From: Candidatus Calidihabitans tengchongensis | GTDB lineage: Bacteria; Sysuimicrobiota; Sysuimicrobiia; Sysuimicrobiales; Kaftiobacteriaceae | NCBI GenBank assembly: GCA_031459615.1 | Contig: JAVKIE010000004.1 | Span: forward strand, 76,955-140,954 | Reading direction: 5' to 3' | DNA: 64,000 bases | Shown here: in pieces, positions 36,551 to 45,534 of the stretch | Layout: each line of letters begins with the position of its first letter | Numbering within the stretch: the first letter of the stretch is position 1 | The notes under the pieces: generated by a model | Database searches by the model: none | What the model was told of the DNA's origin: nothing | Seen by the model: only the letters and a program-made list of their open reading frames with translations | Position numbers and translations under genes: made by a program

Positions 36551-37525
36551 TCAGGGGGGTCCGTCGACCACCCGGACCGGGTGGTCGGGGGGCAGGACGG
36601 CCACCCACACCGGTCCCTCCGGCAGGCGCAGGGGTCGTCCCGCCGCATCGGAGAGAATCATCCGGTCCTCCCGGCGCCAGGCGCCGTCCAGGGCGTGCCC
36701 GCCGGCAAAGACCTGCAGGCGCCCGCCGGTGCCCAGGTCCACGCGGCCTACCAGCACCGGTCCTTCGTAGACCTGCCACCACCGGGCGTAGAGGACCAGG
36801 ACCGCCCCCACCTCCACGGGTTCCCCGGTCAGGGCGTCCAGATCGGGCCCGGACCCCACGAAGCGTCGGTAGCGGCCGGTCTCCGGACGGTAGACGAACG
36901 TGGCCGTGTATCCGGGTCCGTAGGGCAGGATCACGGTCTGGGAGCGCGGCGATGGCAGAACGGGGATGGTCTCCCAGGGCAGGCCCGCCGCCGGGGCCTG
37001 CGGCGCCACCCGGCGCAGTCGCGGCACCGAGACGTAGAGGTTGTGGGGCATCGGCCGGCTGCGGACCCGCATGAACGGCTGGCGGACCCAGAACTGGTTG
37101 ACCGTGGGCCCCGCTCCCCTCGCCACCGCCGCCAGCGCGCTCAGACTGGCTCCGGCGTGGGCGACGGGGGCGCCGTAGTCGCGGGCGATGTCCAGGAACT
37201 GCAGGCGGAGGCTGCGGACCGGGCCGACCGTCTCAGGACTGTTGCGGCAGTACAGGGCGAGGTACCGGGTGATCATGGCCTCGGTGGGAACTTCGTACAC
37301 CACCTCCGCCCGGCTCAGCCCCGCCTGAGGGCGGGCGGGGATGGCGTTGTCCACCACCACCGCCACCCACGCGCATGGCCTCCTCTCGGTGGCGGCCGCG
37401 GGCTCGGCCACCCAGCGCGCCGGCAGAGGGGCCGGCCGGGACCCGGACGGCCGGCCCGGGCCTCCGGCGCAGGCGGCGACGAAGACGGCGGCCAGGGCAA
37501 GCGGGCTCAGGGTACGGTGTCTCAT
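36551..37525 (-). CDS. DUF3048 domain lipoprotein
   Basis: Start MRHRTLSPLALAAVFVAACAG (lipobox). Core AVVVDNAIPARPQAGLSRAEVVYEVPTEAMITRYLALY matches the DUF3048 N-domain. Confidence 0.65.
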   Translation of the reverse strand: MRHRTLSPLALAAVFVAACAGGPGRPSGSRPAPLPARWVAEPAAATERRPCAWVAVVVDNAIPARPQAGLSRAEVVYEVPTEAMITRYLALYCRNSPETVGPVRSLRLQFLDIARDYGAPVAHAGASLSALAAVARGAGPTVNQFWVRQPFMRVRSRPMPHNLYVSVPRLRRVAPQAPAAGLPWETIPVLPSPRSQTVILPYGPGYTATFVYRPETGRYRRFVGSGPDLDALTGEPVEVGAVLVLYARWWQVYEGPVLVGRVDLGTGGRLQVFAGGHALDGAWRREDRMILSDAAGRPLRLPEGPVWVAVLPPDHPVRVVDGPP

Positions 37526-37709
37526 CGCATCCCGCGGTTGGGGCGTCGTCGCTCCATCACTGTGCCCGGCCTGCCGGCGGCTAGACCTGTCCGAACGCAC
37601 CTGTTCCCCGCCGCCGGGAGTGGTTCCTGGAGGCGGGGGGAGGCTGCGCGGACGGTGTCGAAGGTCCCCACCGCCCCCCGGGGTGAGTGCGGGTCCGCAG
37701 CGGACCGTC

Positions 37710-38555
37710 ATGAGCGACGCGCGCCAGTACGCTCTCGACCACGTGGTGGTCTTCGTCGCCGACCTGGACGCGGCGGCGCGGGACTACGCGGCGCTGGGAT
37801 TTGTGGTCGTGCCGGGAGGCGTGCACGCCGGCGGTGTGACGCACAATGCGCTGGTGCCGTTCGCCGACGGGACCTACCTGGAGTTGCTGTCCCCCGCGCG
37901 TCCGCGGACGGCGCGCCTGCTGCGGCTGCTGGGCGGGACGCCGCTGGCACCGAGGGTGGTGGGGGGCTCGGCCCTGCTGCGGCGGCGGGTGCGGCGGATC
38001 CGGGGCGGCGAGGGGCTGGTGGACTTCGCCCTCTCCTGCACGTCGCTGGAGGGGGTCGTCTCCTCGCAGACGGGATCCGTCCGGTGGCAGAGAGAGGAAG
38101 GAGGGCGGATGCGGCCGGACGGGATCCGCCTGGCCTGGTCGGTGGCGTATCCCTCCGAACCCGCGCTGCCGTTTGTGATCGCGGACCGCACGCCCCGGTC
38201 GCTGCGGGTCCCCCCGGCGCCGGCGCACCCGAACGGGGCCACGGGTATTCAGACCGTGACCGTAGCCGCCGCCGCCTTCGGCCGCGCGGTGGACGCCTAC
38301 GGGCAGCTGCTGGGCCGCGAGCCGTTTGACGCGGTGGCGCCGATCCCGGATACCCTGGCCGCCGAGTTCCGGCTGGGGTCGGCCCGCATCCGCGTGGTGG
38401 CCGCGCGGGGGCGGACCCACCCGCTGCGGGAGGAGCTGGCCCGGCGTGGCGAGGGCGTGATCGGGGTCGTCCTGCAGGCCGCCCAGTCCCACGCGATGAA
38501 CCTGGATGTCCGACGGGCCCACGGCGCCTCGGTGACCCTGGCCCCGGGAGGCTGA
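37710..38555 (+). CDS. VOC/glyoxalase-like domain protein
   Basis: Start MSDARQYALDHVVVFVADLDAAARDYAALGFVV (glyoxalase fold βαβββ start). 281 aa. The upstream portion of the listed ORF is non-coding. Confidence 0.65.
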   Translation: MSDARQYALDHVVVFVADLDAAARDYAALGFVVVPGGVHAGGVTHNALVPFADGTYLELLSPARPRTARLLRLLGGTPLAPRVVGGSALLRRRVRRIRGGEGLVDFALSCTSLEGVVSSQTGSVRWQREEGGRMRPDGIRLAWSVAYPSEPALPFVIADRTPRSLRVPPAPAHPNGATGIQTVTVAAAAFGRAVDAYGQLLGREPFDAVAPIPDTLAAEFRLGSARIRVVAARGRTHPLREELARRGEGVIGVVLQAAQSHAMNLDVRRAHGASVTLAPGG

Positions 38556-38557
38556 CG

Positions 38558-39523
38558 ATGGACATCGCCATCATGATCGAAGGCCAGAACGGCCTGACCT
38601 GGGACCGCTGGCGGGCCGTGGCCCGCGCGGTGGAGGACCTCGGCTTTGCAGGGCTGTACCGCTCGGACCACTTCACCAACCCGGCGCCTCCGGATCGGGA
38701 GTCCCTGGAGCTGTGGGTGTCGCTGGCCTGGCTGGCCACCCACACCGCCCGCATCGCCTTCGGCCCGCTGGTGACGCCCTGCTCGTTCCGCCACCCTGTC
38801 CACACGGCGCGTATGGCCGCAGCGGTGGACGACCTGTCCGGCGGGCGCCTGACCCTGGGCATGGGGGCCGGATGGCAGGAGCGCGAGCACGCCCTGTTCG
38901 GCTTCGACCTGCTGGACCTGCGGGAGCGATTCGTCCGGTTTGAGGAGTCTCTGGAGGTGGCGACCCGCCTGCTGCGGTCGGACGGGCCCGTGACGTTCTC
39001 CGGACGGTACTACCGCCTCAACGGCGCCGTGCTCCTGCCGCGGCCCCGCAGGCCCGGTGGCCCGCCGATCCTGGTGGGCGGCAACGGGATCCACAGGACC
39101 CTGCCGCTGGCCGCCCGTTATGCCGCCGAGTGGAACGCCACCTTCCAGACACCGCAGGCATTCGCCGGCCTGTCCCGCCGCCTGGATGCCCTGCTGCAGG
39201 CCCGGGGACAGGACCCGCAGACGGTCCGCCGGTCGCTGATGACCGGGGTGGTGTTCGGCTCCACCGAGCAGGAGGTGCGGCGCCGCCTGGAGCGGCGGGG
39301 CCGCCCTGTCGAACAGCTGCGGGCGCGGGGCGTGGTGGTGGGCACTCCTCAGGAGGTGGTGGACCAGCTGGCGGCTTTCGAGAAAGCCGGCGTCCAGCGC
39401 GTCATGCTGCAGTGGCTGGACCTGGACGACCTGGACGGGCTGGAGGCGCTGGCGCGCGCCGTCCTGCCGCACTTTCCCCCGTCCTCCGGAGGGCGGGGAG
39501 GGAGTCACCGTGACCGGCGGTAG
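38558..39523 (+). CDS. LLM-class flavin/F420-dependent oxidoreductase
   Basis: MDIAIMIEGQNGLTWDRWRAVARAVEDLGFAGLYRSDHF... luciferase-like TIM barrel. 321 aa. Confidence 0.8.
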   Translation: MDIAIMIEGQNGLTWDRWRAVARAVEDLGFAGLYRSDHFTNPAPPDRESLELWVSLAWLATHTARIAFGPLVTPCSFRHPVHTARMAAAVDDLSGGRLTLGMGAGWQEREHALFGFDLLDLRERFVRFEESLEVATRLLRSDGPVTFSGRYYRLNGAVLLPRPRRPGGPPILVGGNGIHRTLPLAARYAAEWNATFQTPQAFAGLSRRLDALLQARGQDPQTVRRSLMTGVVFGSTEQEVRRRLERRGRPVEQLRARGVVVGTPQEVVDQLAAFEKAGVQRVMLQWLDLDDLDGLEALARAVLPHFPPSSGGRGGSHRDRR

Positions 39524-39570
39524 GTGGGGCGGGGCGGTCTGCGGCCTCGCGTCTTCGGTCCCTGGCACCC

Positions 39571-40221
39571 ATGCCTGACCTCCTGCCCGTCGCGCTGACC
39601 TGGTGGCTGGTGAGCCTGTCCGGAATCCTGATGCCCGGTCCCGTGACGGCCATGGCCGTGGCCCAGGGCGCGCGCCTGGGCGGGGTGGCCGGTCCGCTGG
39701 TGACGGCGGGTCACGCGGCTGCCGAAGCGCTCCTGGTCACCGTGCTGGCCGTGGGGATGGGGCCGGCCCTGCGCCAGCCCCGCGTCGTCGGCGTCATCGG
39801 CCTGCTGGGCGGAGCAGTCCTGCTGGGCATGGGCGCCCAGATGATCGTGGCCGCCTGGAACACTCCCTCCCTGCCGGGCAGCCGGCCCGCCGGCCCGAGC
39901 CTGCGCCCCGCCAGCCTCGTACGCGCCGGGCTGATCGCCACGGCGGCCAACCCGTACTGGCTGCTGTGGTGGGTGACGGTGGGAGCGGGCTACTACGCCC
40001 TGTTCAGCGCCCGTGGCGTGGCTGCTGTGGTGGGGCTGTTCTTTCTGGGCCACGTTGCCCTGGACCTGGGGTGGAACAGCATCCTGGCCGGCGTGGTGGG
40101 CGCCGGCAGAGGCCGGATCCCCGCCGGGGTCTACCGGACGGTCCTGGTCGGCTGCGGCGGTCTGGTCGCCGCGATGAGCGTCGTCTTCGCGGTGGCGGGC
40201 CTGCGGGCGCTGGTCCCGTGA
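39571..40221 (+). CDS. LysE/RhtB-family amino-acid exporter
   Basis: 216 aa with 6 TM helices. N-terminal motif LSGILMPGPVTAMAV is typical of LysE translocators. Confidence 0.75.
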   Translation: MPDLLPVALTWWLVSLSGILMPGPVTAMAVAQGARLGGVAGPLVTAGHAAAEALLVTVLAVGMGPALRQPRVVGVIGLLGGAVLLGMGAQMIVAAWNTPSLPGSRPAGPSLRPASLVRAGLIATAANPYWLLWWVTVGAGYYALFSARGVAAVVGLFFLGHVALDLGWNSILAGVVGAGRGRIPAGVYRTVLVGCGGLVAAMSVVFAVAGLRALVP

Positions 40222-40246
40222 CCCCCGCACATTCCGGCAGGCGGTC

Positions 40247-41209
40247 TCAGGTCGCCAGGGGAAACGCCCGGAACCACGCCACGGCCAGGGCGGCGGCCAG
40301 CAGGGCGGCGGCGAAAGCGGCGAAGACCGCCGCCACCTCCGTGGGGCGGCGCTCCCACCCCAGGCTGCGGGCAAGATGGCGGTACACGTCCCGCAGCCCG
40401 TGGGCCGAAGACGCGTGGTAGTAGGAGCCCCCGGTGCGGGCCGCCATCGCCTGCAGGGTTTCCTCGTCGATGCCGCCGCCGATGGCCCACGTCCCGGGGT
40501 CGGGAAACCGCTGGCCCACGCCGACGGTGTATACCACCACCTGCTGCCGTGCGGCCGCGTCCGCCGCCTCCAGGGGGTCGGTGCCCGCGTTGTTGCGGCC
40601 GTCGGTGAGCAGGATCACCGCACCCGGAGGAAACGGTCCGGGCGGCGGGGCCCACGGCTGTCCGGGCAGGGGGCGGGAACGTCCGGGCAGGGCGGCCACC
40701 GCCTCCAGCAGGCCTTCGCCGATCGCCGTGCGCCGGGCCGTGCCCATCCCGTCGATGAGGGTCATCAGCCGCTCGCGGTCGGTGCCGGGGGCGGCCAGCA
40801 GCGTGGCGTAGCCCGCGAACGCCACCAGTCCCACCGGGACGCGGCGAGGCAGCGCCCGCAGGAAGTCCTTGGCGGCGGCCTTGGCCGCCTCCAGCCGCGA
40901 GGGAGCGATGTCCGTAGACCGCATACTCCCGCTGACGTCCAGGGCCAGCACGATGACCGCGCGCTCGGCCGGCATGGGCAGAGGAGCGACGGGGCGCGCG
41001 GCGGCCAGCAGCGTGGCCGCTACCGCGCCGGTGACCAACGCGGCAGGGAGATGCGACCTACCGGCGGTCTTCATCGCCCGCCGGGCGTGCGGGGCGGTGG
41101 AGAGCAGGACCGGATGGCGGGGCGGACCGCGCAGCAGGCGCAGGTAGGCGGAGACCCCCACGACCAGCAGGGGGACAGCCCACAGGACGTCCGGCCAGCG
41201 AAAGGCCAT
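40247..41209 (-). CDS. VWA domain-containing protein (third BatA/BatB-like paralog)
   Basis: Start MAFRWPDVLWAVPLLVVGVSAYLRLLR. MIDAS DVSGSM is present. Same architecture as 27622..28644 and 28670..29641. Confidence 0.75.
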   Translation of the reverse strand: MAFRWPDVLWAVPLLVVGVSAYLRLLRGPPRHPVLLSTAPHARRAMKTAGRSHLPAALVTGAVAATLLAAARPVAPLPMPAERAVIVLALDVSGSMRSTDIAPSRLEAAKAAAKDFLRALPRRVPVGLVAFAGYATLLAAPGTDRERLMTLIDGMGTARRTAIGEGLLEAVAALPGRSRPLPGQPWAPPPGPFPPGAVILLTDGRNNAGTDPLEAADAAARQQVVVYTVGVGQRFPDPGTWAIGGGIDEETLQAMAARTGGSYYHASSAHGLRDVYRHLARSLGWERRPTEVAAVFAAFAAALLAAALAVAWFRAFPLAT

Positions 41210-41343
41210 GGCGGCCTCCTGCACCGAGGTTCGGGGCCCGCGTCAGCGCTCCTCCTGTGCGGTGCCCGGCGGCCCGATGTGTGGGGGAATGCGCCCCCGC
41301 CGAGGGCGGAGGCGGGCCGGGGGACGGAGAACTATTCCTTCCG

Positions 41344-41859
41344 ATGAGGCCGACAGCCATTCGCGACCGCGCGCAGACCGGAATCGGGTTTCTTCTGACC
41401 CGCCGCACGGCCGTGCGGGTGGGCGTGCCGCTGCTGGCGGCGGCGGCCACCAGCCTGATCCTGGCCCTGTCGGCGCGTCCCACGCACCCGCGCCCCGGAG
41501 ACCACTGGCGGGCCCGCTACCTGATCGTGATCTGCGGCCGGCCGGTAGCGGACCTGCCGCGCACCTCGGGGCCGGTCTACACCGACGGCGACGGGGTGAT
41601 CCACGTGGCGCCCCGCACTGCCGCAGAGGGAGGGTCCCGCGCGACCCTGGGCCGCTTTTTCGCCTCGGCCGGCATGCGGTTCTCCCGGGACGAGATCGTC
41701 TTTCCTGACGGGACAGCCTACCGGTCCGGAGACCGCTGCCCCGATGGTGCGGTGGGGCAGGTCCGCCTGCTGGTCAACGGCCGGCCGTCGCGCGAGTTCG
41801 ACAGATACGTGCCTCACGACGGAGATGCGATCGTCATCCAGTTCGGTGCCAGCCGGTAG
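41344..41859 (+). CDS. Secreted hypothetical protein, paralog 1 (unrecognised family, His/Cys motifs)
   Basis: Start MRPTAIRDRAQTGIGFLLTRRTAVRVGVPLLAAAATSLILALSA (signal/TM). Conserved core shared with paralog 2: GDHW.ARY..V.CGR, GDG.IH..P, ATLGRFFASAG.RFSRD, FPDGT.YR.GDRCPDG, RLLVNGR. Confidence 0.55.
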   Translation: MRPTAIRDRAQTGIGFLLTRRTAVRVGVPLLAAAATSLILALSARPTHPRPGDHWRARYLIVICGRPVADLPRTSGPVYTDGDGVIHVAPRTAAEGGSRATLGRFFASAGMRFSRDEIVFPDGTAYRSGDRCPDGAVGQVRLLVNGRPSREFDRYVPHDGDAIVIQFGASR

Positions 41860-41863
41860 GAAG

Positions 41864-42358
41864 GTGCGCCCGCGGAGTCCGAGGCAGCGCGGAAGGCGCG
41901 GCCGGTGGCCGGTGCTCCTGGCCGTGGCCGGCGGCCTGTTGACCTTCACCGGCCTGCTGGTGCTGGCGGCCCGTCAGCCGGCACTGCCGCGGGTCGGAGA
42001 CCACTGGCACGCCCGCTATGCGGTAGTGGTCTGCGGGCGGGAGCGACCTCCGTTTCCGCCCACCCCTGGAAACGTCCACACCCACGGAGACGGCCTCATC
42101 CACATCCACCCCGTGCTGCCGGTCGAGGCGGGCCGCAACGCCACCCTGGGCCGATTCTTCGCCAGCGCCGGCGTCCGATTCTCCCGGGACGCCCTGGAGT
42201 TTCCCGACGGCACGGTCTACCGAACCGGCGACCGCTGCCCCGACGGCCGCCCGGGACGGCTGCGCCTGCTGGTGAACGGACGGTCCCGCGACGCGTTTGA
42301 CACATACGTGCCCCAGGATGGGGACACCATCGAGGTGCGGTTCGGTCCGGACGGGTAG
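41864..42358 (+). CDS. Secreted hypothetical protein, paralog 2 (about 60 % identical to paralog 1)
   Basis: GTG start 5 nt after the paralog-1 stop, preceded by GGAAGG. Signal/TM WPVLLAVAGGLLTFTGLLVLAA. Ends 13 nt before copC. Confidence 0.55.
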   Translation: MRPRSPRQRGRRGRWPVLLAVAGGLLTFTGLLVLAARQPALPRVGDHWHARYAVVVCGRERPPFPPTPGNVHTHGDGLIHIHPVLPVEAGRNATLGRFFASAGVRFSRDALEFPDGTVYRTGDRCPDGRPGRLRLLVNGRSRDAFDTYVPQDGDTIEVRFGPDG

Positions 42359-42370
42359 AGGAGGGGGACG

Positions 42371-42742
42371 GTGCTGAAGGTGCGGGTCAGCGCAGCCGCC
42401 GCGGTCGTGCTCGCCCTGGCCGCCTCCGCCGCCGCCCACGCCCGGCTGGTGCGGTCTGAGCCGGCGGCCGGCGCGGTGCTGCGGTCCGCTCCCCGGGAGG
42501 TGCGGGCGTGGTTCAGCGAAGAGCTCGACCCCGGCCGCAGCCGCCTGAGCGTGTGGGACGCCCGCGGGCGGCAGGTGGACGACGGACGGGGCGGCGTGGA
42601 CCTGGACGACCTGGACCGCAGATCCATGGTGGCCCGCCTGCGCCCCGTCGGCCCCGGAACGTACACGGTGCGATGGCGGGCGGTCTCGGCCGACGACGGG
42701 TTTGTGGCCGAAGGGCAGTTCCGGTTCACGGTCAGGCCCTGA
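42371..42742 (+). CDS. copC: Copper resistance protein CopC (periplasmic copper chaperone)
   Basis: Signal peptide, then HARLVRSEPAAGAVL ... YTVRWRAVSADDG, the CopC beta-sandwich signature. 123 aa. Confidence 0.8.
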   Translation: MLKVRVSAAAAVVLALAASAAAHARLVRSEPAAGAVLRSAPREVRAWFSEELDPGRSRLSVWDARGRQVDDGRGGVDLDDLDRRSMVARLRPVGPGTYTVRWRAVSADDGFVAEGQFRFTVRP

Positions 42743-42743
42743 G

Positions 42744-45107
42744 ATGACCCGCGGTCGCCTTCCGCTGGCAGTGACGGGCGCGGCCGCGGCCGTGCTGCTG
42801 GCGGCCGCCGGGGCGTCGGCCCACGCTGTCCTGGTCCGCTCGGCCCCGCCCTCGGGTGCGTCCCTGTCGGCGGCCCCCGCAGCCGTGGTGCTGGAATTCT
42901 CCGAGCCGGTGGCCCCGGGGCTCAGCGCCGCCACGGTGACCGACGGCTCCGGGACAGTGGTTTCCACCGTCGCCAGCCTGTCGGCCGACCGCCGCAGCCT
43001 CACCGTGTCCCTGCGGCCGCTGGGCACAGGTGTGTACACGGTGCGGTGGAGGGTCCTGTCCACCGCCGACGGCCACGCCACGACGGGGTTCTTCCTGTTC
43101 GCCGTGGGCCAGCCTGTGGGCGGGCAGGTGCGAGGCACCGCTGCGGCCGCCCCGCCTGTCTCCCAGGTGGCCGTCCGGTGGTTGAACTTCGCCGCCGCCC
43201 TCTTCCTGGCCGGCGCGGCTGCATTTTACGCGGCCGTCCTGCGGCCGTCCCTGGCGAGCCTGGATCCCGCCTCGGCCGCCCTGGCATGCGATGCCGTCCG
43301 CCCGCTGCGCCGCGCGGAAGCGGCCGCCGCGGGGATGCTGGTGGTCGGCGTGGTGGGAGAGTTCATCCTGCAGGCTTCCGCCCTCCTCGACGCGCCGCCG
43401 GCGGCGGCGTGGCGTGCCGGCCTGCTGGGGGCGATGCTGGGCGGTACCAAGACCGGCTGGAGCGTGCTGGTGCGATTGGCCGGCGCGGCGGTGCTCCTGG
43501 TGCCCCCCACGCCGTCCGGGCGGATCCTCCGAGCGGTCCTGCTGCTGTGGTGCGCCATCGTGGGAGCCATCACCGCACTGTTCGGCGGCCCCGCGTCTCT
43601 GGGCGGCTCGCCTCACCTCCCACTGGTGATCCTGGTGGCGGTCGTCTACGGGCTCCTCGGCGCGACGGCGGCGGTGGTCATTCCGCTGGTGCCTGGAGTG
43701 CGGGTGCCGCCGCTGTGGCCCACCTCGCTCCTGGCTGCCGGGACGATCCTGGCGGGGGTGACCGTCAACTCCCACGCCGCCGCCCTGGGCCTCGCGGCCT
43801 CCGCGGTGGACTGGGCGCACCTGGCGGCTGCCGGCGTGTGGGTGGGAGGACTGCCGTCCCTGTGGCTGGTCCTGCGGCGGGCGCCGCCGTCCGCCCGCAC
43901 CGCGCTGGCCGCCGTCCTGGTGCCGCGCTTTTCCCGGGCGGCGGGAGTCAGCCTGCTCGTGCTGGCGGTCACGGGGATGTACGGCGCCCTGGTCCACGTG
44001 CCGTCGGTCCGCGCGTTGGCGGTCACGCCCTACGGAAGGTTGCTGTCGGTCAAGCTGGTCCTCGTGGCGGCGGCGGCCGGGCTGGGGGCGTACAACCGGT
44101 TCGTCCTGCGTCCCCGCCTGGCCGCGCGGAAGGAGGAGCGCGTCGTCGCCCGCTTCCTGCGCGCCCTCGCCGCCGAAGTCTCCGTGGGCGCGGCCGTCGT
44201 GCTGGTGGTCGCGGCCCTGACCATCACCCCGCCGGCGTCAGTGACCCTGCCGGCGGCCACGCCCCCCCAGCCGCCGCTGGTCCTGGCCGGGATGGCGGGT
44301 CCGTTCCGGGTGGAGCTCACCGTCACGCCCGCGCAGCCGGGCTGGAACCGACTGGAGGTCACAGTGCGTGGCCCCGCCGGGCCTCTGGATCCTGCGTCCT
44401 CCCGGGTTTTGCTGCGGGCGTTGAAGCTGGATGAGGACCTCAGTCCGGTCACCCTCACCCTGCAGCCGCGGGGAGACCGGTTCGCGGCCGAGGGAAGCGA
44501 GGTGGGTCTGGCGGGCCTGTGGGAGCTGCACGTGGTGGTCCGCCGCCGTGGAGCCCCCGACGAGACCGTGGTCTTTCCGCTGCTGCTGGGGTCGGTCACC
44601 CGGAAGTCCTCAGACCCGCAGGCGTTACGGCTGCTGGAGCGGGCGCGCCGGGCGGCCGTCCGGGTGCGCACCTGGCGGGAGCGGGAGCAGATTGCCGACG
44701 GGGCCGGGGGGGTGGCGGTCACGGACCTGGAACTGGTCCGACCCGACCGCCTGCGCTACAGGACCGCCGGCGGCAACGAAGCCGTCATCATCGGCTCGAC
44801 CCGGTACTTCCGGACGGCCGGCGGCCCGTGGGAGAAAGACACCCTCCCCAACCCGCTCAGCCTGGAGGGGCCGTTTGCCGCCTACCTCCAGGAGCCCCAG
44901 GGGGCCGTCCTGGGGCGCCGGGGAACGTGCGCGGACGAGCCGTGCCAGGCAGTGGTCTGGAGGTCACCGGGCGGCACGGCCGTCTTCGGGGCGTGGGTGG
45001 GAGAGAGGACGGCGCGGGTCTACAGGCTGCTGATGCTGGCCCCGGCCCACCACATGACCGCCGAGGCCTCCGACCACGACCTCCCGCTGCGGATCGCGCC
45101 GCCCTAG
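42744..45107 (+). CDS. CopC-CopD fusion copper resistance membrane protein with a large C-terminal extracytoplasmic extension (YcnJ-like)
   Basis: Start MTRGRLPLAVTGAAAAVLL. N-terminal CopC domain (HAVLVRSAPPSGASL ... YTVRWRVLSTADGH). Then about 8 TM helices of CopD. Then about 270 soluble residues. Confidence 0.8.
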   Translation: MTRGRLPLAVTGAAAAVLLAAAGASAHAVLVRSAPPSGASLSAAPAAVVLEFSEPVAPGLSAATVTDGSGTVVSTVASLSADRRSLTVSLRPLGTGVYTVRWRVLSTADGHATTGFFLFAVGQPVGGQVRGTAAAAPPVSQVAVRWLNFAAALFLAGAAAFYAAVLRPSLASLDPASAALACDAVRPLRRAEAAAAGMLVVGVVGEFILQASALLDAPPAAAWRAGLLGAMLGGTKTGWSVLVRLAGAAVLLVPPTPSGRILRAVLLLWCAIVGAITALFGGPASLGGSPHLPLVILVAVVYGLLGATAAVVIPLVPGVRVPPLWPTSLLAAGTILAGVTVNSHAAALGLAASAVDWAHLAAAGVWVGGLPSLWLVLRRAPPSARTALAAVLVPRFSRAAGVSLLVLAVTGMYGALVHVPSVRALAVTPYGRLLSVKLVLVAAAAGLGAYNRFVLRPRLAARKEERVVARFLRALAAEVSVGAAVVLVVAALTITPPASVTLPAATPPQPPLVLAGMAGPFRVELTVTPAQPGWNRLEVTVRGPAGPLDPASSRVLLRALKLDEDLSPVTLTLQPRGDRFAAEGSEVGLAGLWELHVVVRRRGAPDETVVFPLLLGSVTRKSSDPQALRLLERARRAAVRVRTWREREQIADGAGGVAVTDLELVRPDRLRYRTAGGNEAVIIGSTRYFRTAGGPWEKDTLPNPLSLEGPFAAYLQEPQGAVLGRRGTCADEPCQAVVWRSPGGTAVFGAWVGERTARVYRLLMLAPAHHMTAEASDHDLPLRIAPP

Positions 45108-45178
45108 CAGGCCAGGGGAGCCGTCTACGGCCGCGGGGTAGGGGGTACAACACCGGCGGGAGACGGGGGGTGCGGGGG

Positions 45179-45526
45179 ATGCTCTGTCGGGCCTGCGGGA
45201 GGATGAACCGGGACGAGGACCTGTTCTGCAGTTCCTGCGGGGCCAAGCTGCTGCGGTCGAAGGTCTGCCGGGCCTGCGGCGCCAAAAACCGCCACGACAG
45301 CACGTACTGCGGGACCTGCGGGGCCAAGCTGCCCGACGACGGGATGCACTGCCCGTCCTGCGGCCACCCGGTGCGCCCCCGCGACCAGTTCTGCAGCAAC
45401 TGCGGGACCCAGGTGGCGGAGGGCATCGTCTGCAGGCTCTGCCACGCCAGCAACCGCGACGACGCCCGCTTCTGCGCCACCTGCGGGTCGGAGCTGAAGG
45501 TGAGAGCTCCGATGGCGGCGGGCTAG
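45179..45526 (+). CDS. Tandem zinc-ribbon protein (four CxxC...CxxC ribbons)
   Basis: MLCRACGRMNRDEDLFCSSCG / CRACGAKNRHDSTYCGTCG / CPSCGHPVRPRDQFCSNCG / CRLCHASNRDDARFCATCG: four regularly spaced double-CxxC units, non-random. 115 aa. Confidence 0.6.
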   Translation: MLCRACGRMNRDEDLFCSSCGAKLLRSKVCRACGAKNRHDSTYCGTCGAKLPDDGMHCPSCGHPVRPRDQFCSNCGTQVAEGIVCRLCHASNRDDARFCATCGSELKVRAPMAAG

Positions 45527-45534
45527 TGGATAAC

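Noticed and set aside
41257-41343. Upstream extension of paralog 1 (MRCPAARCVGECAPAEGGGGPG...)
   Set aside because: Non-protein-like composition. The paralog-2 alignment and the signal peptide begin at the later Met (41344).
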